Assembly (NCBI GenBank): GCA_951406725.2
Contig: OX597833.1
Coordinates: 54,932,001-54,996,000, forward strand
Source: Octopus vulgaris
Lineage: Eukaryota
DNA length: 64,000 nucleotides
Direction: 5' to 3'
Under the pieces are notes generated by a model that was not told the origin of the DNA, did no database searches, and saw nothing but the letters and a program-made list of their open reading frames with translations. Positions 1 through 12,096 of the stretch are shown here, piece by piece. The translations under genes and the position numbers were made by a program. How positions within the stretch are numbered: position 1 is the stretch's first letter; the number at the start of each line of letters is the position of its first letter.

Positions 1-257
1 ATTAACATACAAGTGGCTGAGCAATCCACAGACACGCATACGCTTAACTTAGTTGTCAGGGAGGGAGATTCAATGTGACTAGGCTGGCTCTTTGAAATAC
101 AGCCACAACACATTTTGTCCAGCTGGGTGGATTGAACCAACGTGAAATTAAAAGAGTCTTACTCAACGCCTAAATGCTCCATGGAGAAATCAAACTTACA
201 ACCTTAAGATTGCAAACCGCATACCCTACCTAACCCATTAAACCATGCACCTTCACT
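1..257 (-). mobile_element. Degenerate tRNA-derived SINE (head type E), tail shared with 60938-61301; cut by window edge
   Basis: Minus strand reads GTGAAGGTGCATGG...GTTTGATT head; bases 1-100 match the tail at ~61015-61125. Confidence 0.6.
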
Positions 258-350
258 CCAAGTGATATTGGAAAATGCATCAATATCACAACTACTATTT
301 CCATTTGATTTACAAAATATTTTTTTTTACATCAGCATTTTTTTTACATA

Positions 351-865
351 GGCGTAGGAGTGGCTCTGTGGTAAGTAGCTTGCTTACCAACCACATGGTT
401 CCGGGTTCAGTCCCACTGCGTGGCATCTTGGGCAAGTGTCTTCTGCTATAGCCCCGGGCCGACCAATGCCTTGTGAGTGGATTTGGTAGACGGAAACTGA
501 AAGAAGCCTGTCGTATATATGTATGCGTGTGTTTGTCCCCCCAGCATTGCTTGACAACCGAAAAGCACCATCCGAACGTGGCCGATGCAAGCGCTGCCTT
601 GACTGGCTTCCGTGCCGGTGGCACGTAAAAAGCACCAACCGATCGTGGCCGTTGCCAGCCTTGCCTGGCCCCTGTGCCGGTGGCACGTAAAAGGCACCCA
701 CTACACTCACGGAGTAGTTTGCGTTAGGAAGAGCATCCAGCTGTAGAAACACTGCCAGATCAGACTGGAGCCTGGTGCAGCCTCCTGGCTTCCTAGACCT
801 CAGTCAAATTGTCCAACCCATGCTAGCATGGAAAGCGAACATTAAACGATGATGATGATGATGAT
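351..865 (+). mobile_element. tRNA-derived SINE (head A) with RTE-LINE-derived tail and (GAT)n end
   Basis: A-box TGGCTCTGTGG, B-box GGTTCAGTCC; 3' ~300 bp matches the 3' UTR of the RTE at 17963-18285; ends CCCATGCTAGCATGGAAAGCG...(GAT)n. Confidence 0.85.
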
Positions 866-1286
866 CACAATTTCTCTCTTCACTATTGCTTGTTATTTTC
901 CTTTTCTTCCTGGCAAATGTCCTCTCATTGTTCGCTGTTGTGTTTAAAGTATATTTTAAGCTCTGTTCTATTTTTGAAGCCTCCTCAGACTCTTAACAAT
1001 ATTAGAATATCTACACTGTAACTCGAAAGACAGACAGTCAGGCGTGTCTGCACTTTGTTCTTCGTTTGAAGATATTCATTTTGCACTAAATGTCTTACAG
1101 TAAACAAACAAATTTATTTTATCTTATTTCATTTTTATTTGAAAAGAAAATTTTTTTTTTTTCCCCCCATTTATCTATTAATTTTCTCGTCGTTCAATTT
1201 GTCTTTCATGAACTTAATGAAGACATTTTTGAAAATTCCAACAAAATTAGGCTTTGTGTTCTTCAGTTATTTTGACTGTTCATACT

Positions 1287-1635
1287 TTATTCTTTTACTT
1301 GCATCAGTCATTTGACTGCGGCCATGCTGGAGCACCGCCATTTGGTCGAACAAATCGACCCCCCAGGACTTATTCTTTGTAAGCCTAGTACTTATTCTAT
1401 CTGTCTCTTTTGCTGAACTGCTGAGTTACAGAGATGTAAACACACCAACACTGGTTGTCAAGCGATGGTGGGAGGAGAAACACACACATATTTATGACAT
1501 GGCTTCTTTCAGTTTCTGCCTTCCAAATCCACTCACAAGGCACTGGTTGGCCCGAGGCTGTAATAAAAGACACTTACCCAAAGTACCACGCAGTGGGACA
1601 GAATCTGGAATGATGTGGTTGGAAAGCTCACTTCT
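1287..1635 (-). mobile_element. SINE head A / tail 1, 5'-truncated
   Basis: Reverse complement of the family seen at 16938-17306; tail hairpin CAGTCAAATGACTG. Confidence 0.8.
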
Positions 1636-1975
1636 CAAGCACATGGTTCCAGGTTCAGTCCCACTGCATGGCACCTTGGGCAAGTGTCTTCTACTACAGC
1701 CTCGGGCCAACCAAAGCCTTTGTGAGTGGATTTGGAAGACGGAAACTGAGAGAAGCCTGTTGTATATATCTGTATATATTTGTACTTGTCCTCCCACCAT
1801 CATTTGACAAACAATGTTGGTGTGTTTACATCCCCGTAACTTAGCAGTTCAGCAAAATAGAGTGATAGAATAAGTACTAGGCTTACAAAGAATAAGTCCT
1901 GAGGTCCATTAGTTCGACAAAAGGCGGTGCTCCAGCATGGCCACAGTCAAATGACTGAAGCAAGCAAAAGAATAA
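1636..1975 (+). mobile_element. SINE head A / tail 1, head-to-head with the preceding copy
   Basis: CACATGGTTCCAGGTTCAGTCCCACTGC...GGTGCTCCAGCATGGCCACAGTCAAATGACTG. Confidence 0.8.
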
Positions 1976-2355
1976 TAGAAAGAATTTAATTCAATATAGC
2001 CGAAGAATATCAAAGGTTTTATTTATATTTCATCTAGCTTCAGCTCACGTGCTGTGGCCATGCTGGGGCACCACCATTTGTGTTGCGTCATTTCCATTTA
2101 CATAACTTTCATGAGTGATATTAAGTGAAAAGAAATAGCTACAAGATAGGAACCAAAACCAGATTTAAATGACTGAATTGTGTGTTGTCCCTTATATTTA
2201 TTATAAACTTAAATTCTGCTTTAATTTATTTTGATTTCTCTTCAGTTTTTCAAATGCCAAGTTTGTTTGACCCTTCAGTGTTTAAACTGGCCATTTCAGG
2301 AAAGAAAGAAAAATTAGGGTTAGGAAAAGGAAGGGCTGTAGAAAATCTGTCTTAA

Positions 2356-2577
2356 CCCTTTTGTTACTGTATTTATTTTGAGATGCTCTGTGTTTCTTTC
2401 AATTACTTTAAATATAACAAAGAATTTAGTAAAATAACTTAGTTATCATTCAGCTAGTGTCAAGGAACATAAATTGTGACTAAGGTTTGGTGGAAGATTT
2501 TAATTTGATACTTATGGAAACGAGACATTTGTACAACAGAGCCAGAGCCGGTTTTAGCCGGGTTGGTAACGAAAGGG
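2356..2577. mobile_element. piggyBac-like MITE (family G)
   Basis: TTAA|CCCTTTTGTTAC ... GTAACGAAAGGG|TCAA; about five copies in the window. Confidence 0.8.
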
Positions 2578-3959
2578 TCAAACTGGCCATATTAGGAAAA
2601 GAAAAATTTTTTACCTGTTTAACATTTAAATCAGCTAGATATAGCCTCTCACACCTGCCCTACAGTGTCATTCCAAAAATAAAACCAAGATGATGTACGA
2701 TTAAACCAGCTTTATCTGGCTAAAATAATCTACTTACATTATCTTCAAACTTGCTAGATCCAGCCTCTCACATATCAGAGACTATAAATAAACAATCACA
2801 TCATTGAAATCTCAAAGCTACAAGCTACTACATGACTAATTCATATCAATGTGAATAAATAAGAAATACATTTGGTAGAGTAATCTGAATGCTAAATGAC
2901 TGAACTTTATCGTTTAGTTAAAGGATTAAGTGTGGCCATGTTCGCTCTTTGACATCATTCTGAAACTGTAGCGCTAAGACTTTATTCTTAGGAACCTCAC
3001 ATTCACGATATTGAAAAACCAGAGCTATCGCTCACAAGGCAGGTTATAACTCTGTAGCCCATGTATGCTTTTGCTTATTGTTTTTGGTGTGTGTGTAGCT
3101 GCAGGCCAACATAGACACTTCTCAGTTTTCCCACTTATGACTCAGTGGAGCATTCTAGATCTGACAGCTGGTGAGAGAGAGAGAGAGAGAGAGGGTGGGG
3201 GTGCTTGAAGAGAGAGAGAGATGTTAAATCCAGAGGATGTATTAGAATTACCAAAAGGTAATTATGACCATTTTCATTGAGAAGGAGTGATAATCTCTAG
3301 ATTTAAGAGAGAGAGAGAGAGAGAGAGAGCGAAGGTTGCATAAGTGCTCAGCTGGTTTTTATTTCAACTGAGCAGACTGTGGCAACGTGAAACAAAGCGT
3401 CTTGTTCAAGAACACAATATACTATTCAGTCCAGGAATTATCCTGAGCAAAACGTTTTTCCATTCTAGTCAATACAGAATTACAGATAGTATTTATGGAA
3501 TTTTTATTTACTGTCAGGTGACTTTTGGCCAACCCTGTGTGTGTGTGTGTGTGTGTGTGTGTGAACTAGTGCTGATGTCTTGTGATGCTTGTAAGTGAAT
3601 GTCAACATCATACAAGTGGTGTCCTTTCTTTTTAGTCTCCTGAGTAAAAACATATAATGCCAAGGAGTAGGGTTGTGCAATAATATCTCATTTAGAAACA
3701 GGTTAGGGTTAGGAAAAGGAAGGGCTATATAAAATCTGTCTTAATGTATCCAGCCTGACCCTTGCCAGCGTAGAAAAATGGGCACTAAATGATGATGGCA
3801 CTGTGTAGCCATGTCTTCATTTTAACCAGATTTGATTGGTTTCAATAAAAAAACAAAGCAACAGTGAAAATGTAGTTGTAACACCAATGACAATAGCAAC
3901 ACAAATGGAATATAGAAACAGGCTGTCAGGTTGGGGACTTAGGACACTGTACAGGGCTT

Positions 3960-4201
3960 GTGTGTGTGTCTGTATATATGTATGTGTATATATATATATG
4001 TATATGCATGTATGCATTATGTGTGTGTGTGTGTGTGTATATGTTTGTGTGTGTATATATGTGTGTGTGTGTGTATATATGTATATATATATATATGTAT
4101 GTATGTTTGTGTGTGAGTATGTGTATGTTTGTATATATGTATATGTATGCATGTGTATAAGTATGCATGTATTTATATATATATATATATATGTGTGTGT
4201 G

Positions 4202-4242
<41 letters not shown>
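3960..4242. repeat. (TG)n/(TA)n compound microsatellite
   Basis: Direct reading. Confidence 0.95.
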
Positions 4243-4244
<2 letters not shown>

Positions 4245-4325
4245 CAAAGTGGAGTTGTAAGGTACTGCACGAGTGGAAATATATATGAAAGAAGGTTTGA
4301 AAATGCAATTTTAAAAGATGTTTAT

Positions 4326-4370
4326 TTACTTTACCGGTTACACTTTTTAGAAAAAGATTGTCAAAAGTAA
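4326..4370 (-). ncRNA. Degenerate minimal type I hammerhead ribozyme (U3-A8 core, GAAA mutated to GTAA)
   Basis: Minus strand: TTACTT TTGACAA tCTTTTT ct AAAAAGt GTAA CCGG TA AAGTAA; 6-bp stem I and palindromic stem III ACCGGT. Confidence 0.55.
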
Positions 4371-4754
4371 CATGTAAAAGTTTGGTTGTGTTAATTATTG
4401 GTTGTCACAAAATACTACAATACATATATACATTCTTTGGTAACAAGAACATGTTAAGAACATAAAGAAGTTTAACAAGTTCATTAAAATATTGGGCACA
4501 AAAGATTACAACATATATGTATATATATATATATATACACATTCTCAAGAAAATGTTAAAGCTAGTTTCCAGAAGGAATTATTAAAAAGTTCAGTGGAAT
4601 ATTGGTATTGTATCTGTATATACATACACACAGAGAATATTATAAGTTCAAAAAAGTTTACATTATAGTAGTAGGGTAGCTTAAACTGACCTGGTCCACC
4701 AGCATATATATATATATATATATATATATACCGGAGTATATATATATATATATA

Positions 4755-4950
4755 CCGGAGTAAACACATAAATGTGAAACAAGGTGGAAAAAAGAGTACT
4801 CAAATACCAGTGGTAGAGTAATATGCTTTATTTAAAGCAGCAGAAAATTCAACAAAACCTGTTACTCTGCTAGCAAAAACTGTCCGACGAACGAAAACGT
4901 GAAACTCAGAGTAACAGGTTTTGTTGAATTTTCTGCTGCTTTAAATAAAG
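4755..4950 (+). mobile_element. Penelope-like non-autonomous element end with an inverted 5' copy, inserted in (TA)n
   Basis: Perfect 44-bp inverted repeat 4826-4869/4907-4950; HHR overlaps the loop; second decayed copy at 13525-13630. Confidence 0.65.
4874..4923 (+). ncRNA. Minimal type I hammerhead ribozyme (U4C core variant)
   Basis: CAAAAACTGT CCGACGA ACG-AAAA-CGT GAAA CTC-A-GAG TA ACAGGTTTTG; stem I 9/10 paired. Confidence 0.65.
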
Positions 4951-5321
4951 TATATATATATATATATATATATATGCTGTTGACACAAATGAAAACAGTA
5001 ATTAATGACCAGCAGTGAGGTGAGTATTTATAGTAACACTGTTGGTTGTTATATTAACTCTTTGCCGAGCGAGAGCTGTGGCCATAAGCAATTTTATAAA
5101 CTAGAATTGGGTTAGTTGGTAGTGAACAAGTTCTAAATAAAGCATTTTTAATTGAATTTATTGAGCCATATCTTCAAGGAAGATATGAAAAGAGAAAAGA
5201 AAAGACTACGTTAGTTAGACCTGTTGTTCTTTAACCCTAGGTCACTTCCAGTCAAAGGGACTTTTGATCATACACATTGTAACTATGTGCATAGCATTAT
5301 TCAATGTGTATTTTCTTTTGA

Positions 5322-5755
5322 TTAATGTCCACTTTCCGTACTGGCATGGGCTGGATGGTTTGACTGAGGGCTGGCAAGCCAGAAGGCTGCATCAGGCTCC
5401 AATTAGATCTGGCAATGTTTCTACAGCTGGGTGCCTTTCCTAATGCTAACCACTCTGAGAGTGTAGTGGGTGCTTTTCACGTGCCACTGGTACGAAGGCC
5501 AAGTCAGGCAGTACTGGCATCGACCACACTCGAATGGTGCTTTTTACGTGCCACCAGAACGGGACCCAGTCAGGCAGCACTGGTATTGACCACGCTCGAA
5601 TGGTGCTTTTTATGTGTCACAGGCACAGGAGCCAGTCTGGTTGCACTGGCAATGATCACGCTTGAATGGTGCTTTTTACGTTCCACCAGCTTGGGACCAG
5701 TCAGGCGGCAGTGGCACCGACCACGCTCAAATGGTGTTTTTACGTGCTACCGGCA
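5322..5755 (-). mobile_element. RTE 3' UTR / SINE tail fragment with five ~66-bp internal hairpin repeats
   Basis: GGTGCTTTTTACGTGCCACC-type units at ~5470, 5537, 5603, 5669, 5733. Confidence 0.75.
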
Positions 5756-6562
5756 TTGTATATGTATAACTATTTTATTTTGTCATGTTTGTTTGCATCA
5801 TTGTCTACAAGACAATGTTCGTTAGGTATTCCCAGTGGCTTCTCGCTGCTGGCGCCTCCGAAAATGAACAATCAACATTAAATGCATGAGATTGTAATGA
5901 TCTTTTTGGACGTTGACTGACAAGGAATTCCCTACGAATTCTCTGTTTATTGTGTTCTTGTTAAACGTTTGTAATATTATATGTATATAAATTATGAATA
6001 TATTTTTTTCAAGTTCATTAAGTGTCAGATGTTATAAACCCTCATTCAGGTCACTGAAATGATAAACGAAAACAACAACAACAACAACAACAACAGCAAC
6101 AACAACAAAACCCTGTCCTCTTTAGTGACTTTATTCCTTTAAGATAGCAAAACAAATTTACTGTGAAGCCAAATAGAGATGTTTAGATAAGGCTGCTAGA
6201 CAAAAGAGCCATTCTGTGAGCTTTTAGTATTTGTCTGTGATTGTGCTTCTGTGTGTGTGTGTGTGTGTGTGTGTGATTGCATTGCAGTGGTGAATGAATC
6301 CTTCAAGCCTTGTCTCCTCCTCCTCTACCTCCACCTGTCTGCTGTCTCTTCCTTTCACTACTCCTCCCCCTCTCTATCTGTCTCTTTCCTCCTCCCCTCG
6401 AAACTCTCTTTTTTTGTTTTCTTTTTTTCTTCTTCTCATCTCTACTTTCAACAATTCAATGTCATTCATATAAACAAATGTCTAGACTTCCTGCAGGGAA
6501 TTTCTCTAACCTACTGCCATTCTAATCACTTCTGTTTATTTATTTATTTATTATTTTATTAA

Positions 6563-6610
<48 letters not shown>

Positions 6611-6754
6611 TTTTTTTTATTTTATTTTTGTGGTTGTTGTTTCTTCTGAGTAAATATATCACTGCTGTTGGTACTGAAGGGAATATCAATAATTTTTTTT
6701 TTTGTGTGTGTATGTTTCTCTTTTTTTGTTTTTCGTTGCTCCCTCCCACCATTC

Positions 6755-6983
<229 letters not shown>

Positions 6984-7283
6984 TTCAATGAATGCACATA
7001 GTTTTTGGAAGGAAAAATAAATATATAAAATATTAAAAAACAACAACAACAACAACAAACAAACCAAAAAAAAATAACGAAGATTCCTTTATTTAGTTTT
7101 CTATTTATTTGTTTGTCTTTCTTAATTACCTGGTTGTGAATTTTTATTAGCTAAAGTGTTGAGTGACTTGGAATTTTTTTTTTTGACTATTTTTCTTTAT
7201 TTTTCTTTATTTTTTACCTTTGTTTTCTACATTTTTTTTTTTACTTCCAATCTATTTTCCTATACACTTTGAAATTCACCATG

Positions 7284-7285
<2 letters not shown>

Positions 7286-7353
<68 letters not shown>

Positions 7354-7356
7354 TAC

Positions 7357-7410
<54 letters not shown>

Positions 7411-7460
7411 CATACATTATATATATATATATATATATACACACACATATATATATAGAT
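7286..7460. repeat. (TA)n/(CA)n microsatellite
   Basis: Direct reading. Confidence 0.95.
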
Positions 7461-8174
7461 ACACAAACTCAAAACATGAAAGTAAAAAAAAAAAAAAAAG
7501 TGATAAGGTTCAATTTAATTCTGAAGGTCAATTAATTAAGATGATCTCTTTTCTAACCTTGTCTTCTTTTTTTGTTGTCTTTTTTTTTTTTTTTAAATAA
7601 ATAAATTATTTTATTGTATTTATTTATTATCAGATTCTAACCTCTTAAGCTTATTTATTCTTCCATTTCCATTCATTCAGGTTTTTTTCTTTCTTTTTTT
7701 TTCTCTTTTGTTTTTGCCTAGCTTCTCTCTCTTACAGACAGAAAGTTATTGTCTGCGGATCTTGCAGGGTTGAACTGGGGGGGGTGTCTCAAGCAATACA
7801 TTTTGCCATTGAATATTTTATTGACTCTGGCTGGTTTTCGTATTTACATATATGTAAAAAGGCCAGCGTGAAAAAGACACATTTTTATTTACGCATCTAT
7901 TTGATAAATGGAAGTCTTATGTTTGGTCAGTTGCCTAAATTGTAATTTACATGTTCTTGCGAAGAAGAATTGACCAGACTTGTTAAAAAAAAGTTTAAAG
8001 CTTTCTAGCTGTCCTTCGTTATATTTGGTTATTACTCAATTCCTCTTTCAACTACTGCTGTCGTCTCTACCATTTCAAACCAGTTCTACTTACTCCTGTC
8101 TGGTTTCGGCCATTCTGACACCAATTTCTCACCACCACCACGGCTACCACCATTCACTTCTTCTTTGTTGCCAT

Positions 8175-8417
8175 CTTCTTCTTCTTCTTCTTCTTCTTCT
8201 TCTTCTTCTTCTTCTTCTTCTTCTTCTTCTTCCACTTCCTCCACTTCCTCCTCTTCCTCCTCTTCTTCCCCTTCTACTTTTTCTTCTTCTTTTTCTTCTA
8301 CTTTTTCTTCTTCTACTTTTTCTTCTTTTTCTTCTACTTCTACTTATTCTTCTTCTACTTATTCTTCTTCTTCTTCTTCTTAGTCGTCTTCTTCTTCTTC
8401 TTTGTTGTCTTCTTCTT
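8175..8417. repeat. (CTT)n and derived pyrimidine-rich repeat
   Basis: Direct reading. Confidence 0.95.
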
Positions 8418-8447
8418 CCAAATCTTTATAATTTATCTTTTGGACAG

Positions 8448-8685
8448 TGGTCATGCTGGGGCATCACCTTGAAGGATTTTCTTTAGTTGAACAAATGAAC
8501 TCTAACACTTATTCTTAAGTCTGGTACTATCATCTTCTTTTGCCGAACCACTAAGTTACGGGGATGTAAACAAACCAACACTGGTTGTCAAGCGGTAGAT
8601 ATGGGTGACGCATACACACACACTTGCACATATAAACTTCCACACAGTTTCCATTTACTGAATTCACTCTCAAGGCATTGACCAG
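8448..8685 (-). mobile_element. Decayed SINE A/tail 1 fragment
   Basis: GGTCATGCTGGGGCATCACC...GCCGAACCACTAAGTTACGGGGATGTAAAC. Confidence 0.7.
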
Positions 8686-9439
8686 TCTGGTTAATATATT
8701 AGGCCTGGTTATGGCCAGTTCAGTTTTAGCATAAAACACAAAAAAATATATTGGGGCTGGTTATGGCCGGTTGAAATGTGGTTGAAAGGGTTAAATGCTT
8801 TAATCAATGTCAATCCAGTTATAGCCAGCTCGCTCTTATCTTAAGAGAGAGACATTATATCTATGATTACATTATTCAGTGCATCGTCTCTTGTTTTTAA
8901 GATTGTGGGTTGTTATTTGCAGCTGGTTTAACTGCTGCTTCTAGGAGGTCAGACAGTCCTGTCGGTGCTCCTTCATTTAGTTAGTCGATTGTTATAAATA
9001 TTTTAATATACCGAGAAAGCTTTTGACGTTTGCTAATTAAGGTGTTTTCTCTTGCTTTAGTCAACCTAACAGTGTGTTTGTGAGAGAGAGAGAGAGAGAG
9101 AGAGAGATTCGGTGCAGTACAAATGCATCTGAGCTTATATTGCATATCATTGTTCTTAAATGTCCGCTTGTCAAGAGAGCATGACATACTGTACCTACAG
9201 CTTCCAGCTGTAATATGTCAGCCAGCCGCAGACAGAATCAATGTGTAATCTGCATGGCCACAGCTCCACTGCTTCCCCAGATGTTTAACATGCCAGCTAG
9301 CATTGCTATATCTGGCTTTAATTGTCTGGCTGTAATCAGGACAGGCTTTGTTGCCAAAACACTTGTTCAGGCAGATATTCAAATATTTGGAACTATCAGC
9401 CGGCCAGCCTATGCTAGTTACTTTAAGAGAGAGAGATTA

Positions 9440-9493
<54 letters not shown>

Positions 9494-9699
9494 GAGATGA
9501 GAGGGAGTAGAGGAAGAGGGAAAGATTGAGAAAGAAAGAAGAAAAGAGTTGAGAGATGATTACTTTTGTTAGCAGTGTATGGTCATGCTGGGGCATCACC
9601 TTGAAGCATGTTAAGTTGAACAAATGAACACTAACACTTATTCTTAAGTCTGGTACTATCATCTTCTTTCGCTGAACCTCTAAGTTATGGGGATGTAAT

Positions 9700-9867
9700 T
9701 GGAAGGTCATGCATTGTTTATCTTGATATGAGATCACCATGTGGCACACATATGGTTGTGATGCTTGTGTCTGGTGTACCCTTATCAGCCGGGTAGTCAT
9801 GATGAGTATACTGGGTTTCGTATATTTTACCCCAGTGTCACTTTGATGGCATGCATTGCTCTCTCAC

Positions 9868-9910
<43 letters not shown>

Positions 9911-9960
9911 TAATAATGATAATAATTATAGTAATAATAAATATATAATGATGATGATAA
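9700..9960 (+). mobile_element. Probable 3' end of a retroposon terminating in a (TAA)n tract
   Basis: GC-richer block ending CTCTCTCACTT followed directly by (AAT)n; family not identified. Confidence 0.4.
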
Positions 9961-10625
9961 CGATGGGCAGTCACTGATGTTCCTAAAAAATATGTTTTAT
10001 ATTTCAAGAGTCATAAAATATTTTAAAATTTAAGTTTTATATTTATTCCATTATATATATTCTGAAAATGGAATAAATATAGAATATATTTAAGTGGGTA
10101 AAATATACTCAGGTTAGCTGACTGAATTCTACAGTTTTTCTAAATCATAGAATCAATGGCTGAGTGCCACTGAAACCTCTCCAAATCTGGAAGATTTGGT
10201 CTAATCCCACTTTGAAGTGGTACTTGGCACTAAAAGCAAGAATAAAAAAAGTAAAGAAAAGCAAACCAAAAAAAAAAATGAACATTCAGTTGTGAAATGA
10301 ATCCGTTATCCTTCTCTTAGGAATCAAAAGTCTCCAAGGGTGACGGTGATGGTGGTAAAAATGAAATGATATGAAATATTTCCATATAATCTTTTCATTT
10401 TATCATTGTCACAAGTATTCATTCTTGCTTAAAAAGTTTAAAAAAAAAAATATCAATCAATAATTTTTTTATTTTTATTTATTTACTGTGCATTTTTCTT
10501 TTCTTAAACTTATTTTTTTTTTTTGCTTTTTATTCCTAAAATAAACAGCAAAAGACAACAAAAACACCAAAAAGATCAAATAATTGTATTACATAGACAC
10601 TTGGAATTTTTGTTGCTGCTGTTGC

Positions 10626-10674
<49 letters not shown>

Positions 10675-10902
10675 TTTAAATAAATAAAATATTATGAATA
10701 AATATTTTGGCAATGTATGAAGTATAATAGCTTAATGGAGATTTATTGTTTGCGGAGAAATTGGCAGATACTATTTCTCTCCACCTCTGTTTATTCTTTA
10801 CAAATTTTTAGTTTGTGTTTATGAAAAACCATAAATAATAAAAGATCCATTTTTCTTCTTTTTTTCTTTATATTTTTAAAACTTTTGTCTATAATACTAT
10901 TT

Positions 10903-10945
<43 letters not shown>

Positions 10946-12096
10946 TACACCCACACATTTTCTCTCGGATCTATTTCATATTTATATGAAACAAGGGAAG
11001 TACTTGAAATTTGGTATAAATTTCAATATACTTAAAGCAATTTGATACCTTTTGAATTCGTTTTTCTCGGGAAGGTGGATTTTATTTTGGAAGTAGTGTC
11101 GTTCAAGCATTAATCCATCAGCAGCACCATTATCTTCATTTAAATGTCTGTTATCAAAAGCTGGCTGCTTATTTCTGAAGTTTGTCTATAAAATGGAATG
11201 TCTCTTGCAGAGAAAGAGTGCTGGTATTTCCCATGATTTTTTCAGTTTGTCATTCATTGATTGATAAATTGGTTGGTCCATACATTAATGCACACAGCAA
11301 GTTATTTGGGTTTTTTAAATTGAATGTAGGAATTGAGGTATCTGGTGTCTCTAAGGTAGTAAATAAACTGTTAAAGGTGGTATTGGGGTGGGAGCATTAA
11401 TAAAATTTTTGATTTATGATACGTCTTACTGATGTTCTCATACATTCTTAGTTATATTTCTAGGGTCTCCAAGGGGTTTCAGCTCTTTCAACATCAGACC
11501 TTCTCTCCCAGTTGACCTTCCCAGGGTTGGTCAGCTCCCACCTTGCATCCTAATAGCTGCAAGTTACTGGTCGGCCCTCTTTATCCAAAATCACCTCATG
11601 GAAAAGTAGGTAGTTTACTCAATATGTTCAGCCAGTACAGTACAGTACAATGAGTGTTTTGGACTGTCAGATGTATACATTGTGCCATGTCCTTGAAATC
11701 TTCCCACCCCTTCATCACCACCATCATCTAATATCCATTTTCCATCCTGGCACGGGTTGCACAGTTTGTCAGGAACTGGCTAGATCAGGAGCTGCACCCA
11801 AGTTTCATGTCCGAGATTCTTTTTGCTTTCATTAAGATGGCAGGTTGTGATTTGATATCTCTTTCTTGCCGCTATAATGCCCATTTAGAGGTTTCCTGTT
11901 GCTGCTTATATTTAAAATTGTCATCATCATCATCATTATCATCATCATCATCATCATCATCATGATCATGATCATGACCATCATTTAACATCCACTTTTT
12001 CATGCTTGCACGAGTCAGATGGAATTTGTTGAGGCAGTTTTTCCTGTTGTCAACCCTAACCTCTTTCCACGGAAGACTGAAGATCTTGTTCTAAAT

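Noticed and set aside
310-752. Recurrent ORFs with FSFRLPNPLTR / YQIHSQG motifs
   Set aside because: They are antisense translations of SINE A copies.
5470-5755. CRISPR-like array of palindromic 25-nt repeats
   Set aside because: The spacers are homologous to each other, the context is a eukaryotic retroposon tail and there are no cas genes.
7736-7945. Possible exon after a strong polypyrimidine-AG acceptor
   Set aside because: The translation is unrecognisable and there is no clear donor; it cannot be supported without RNA-seq.
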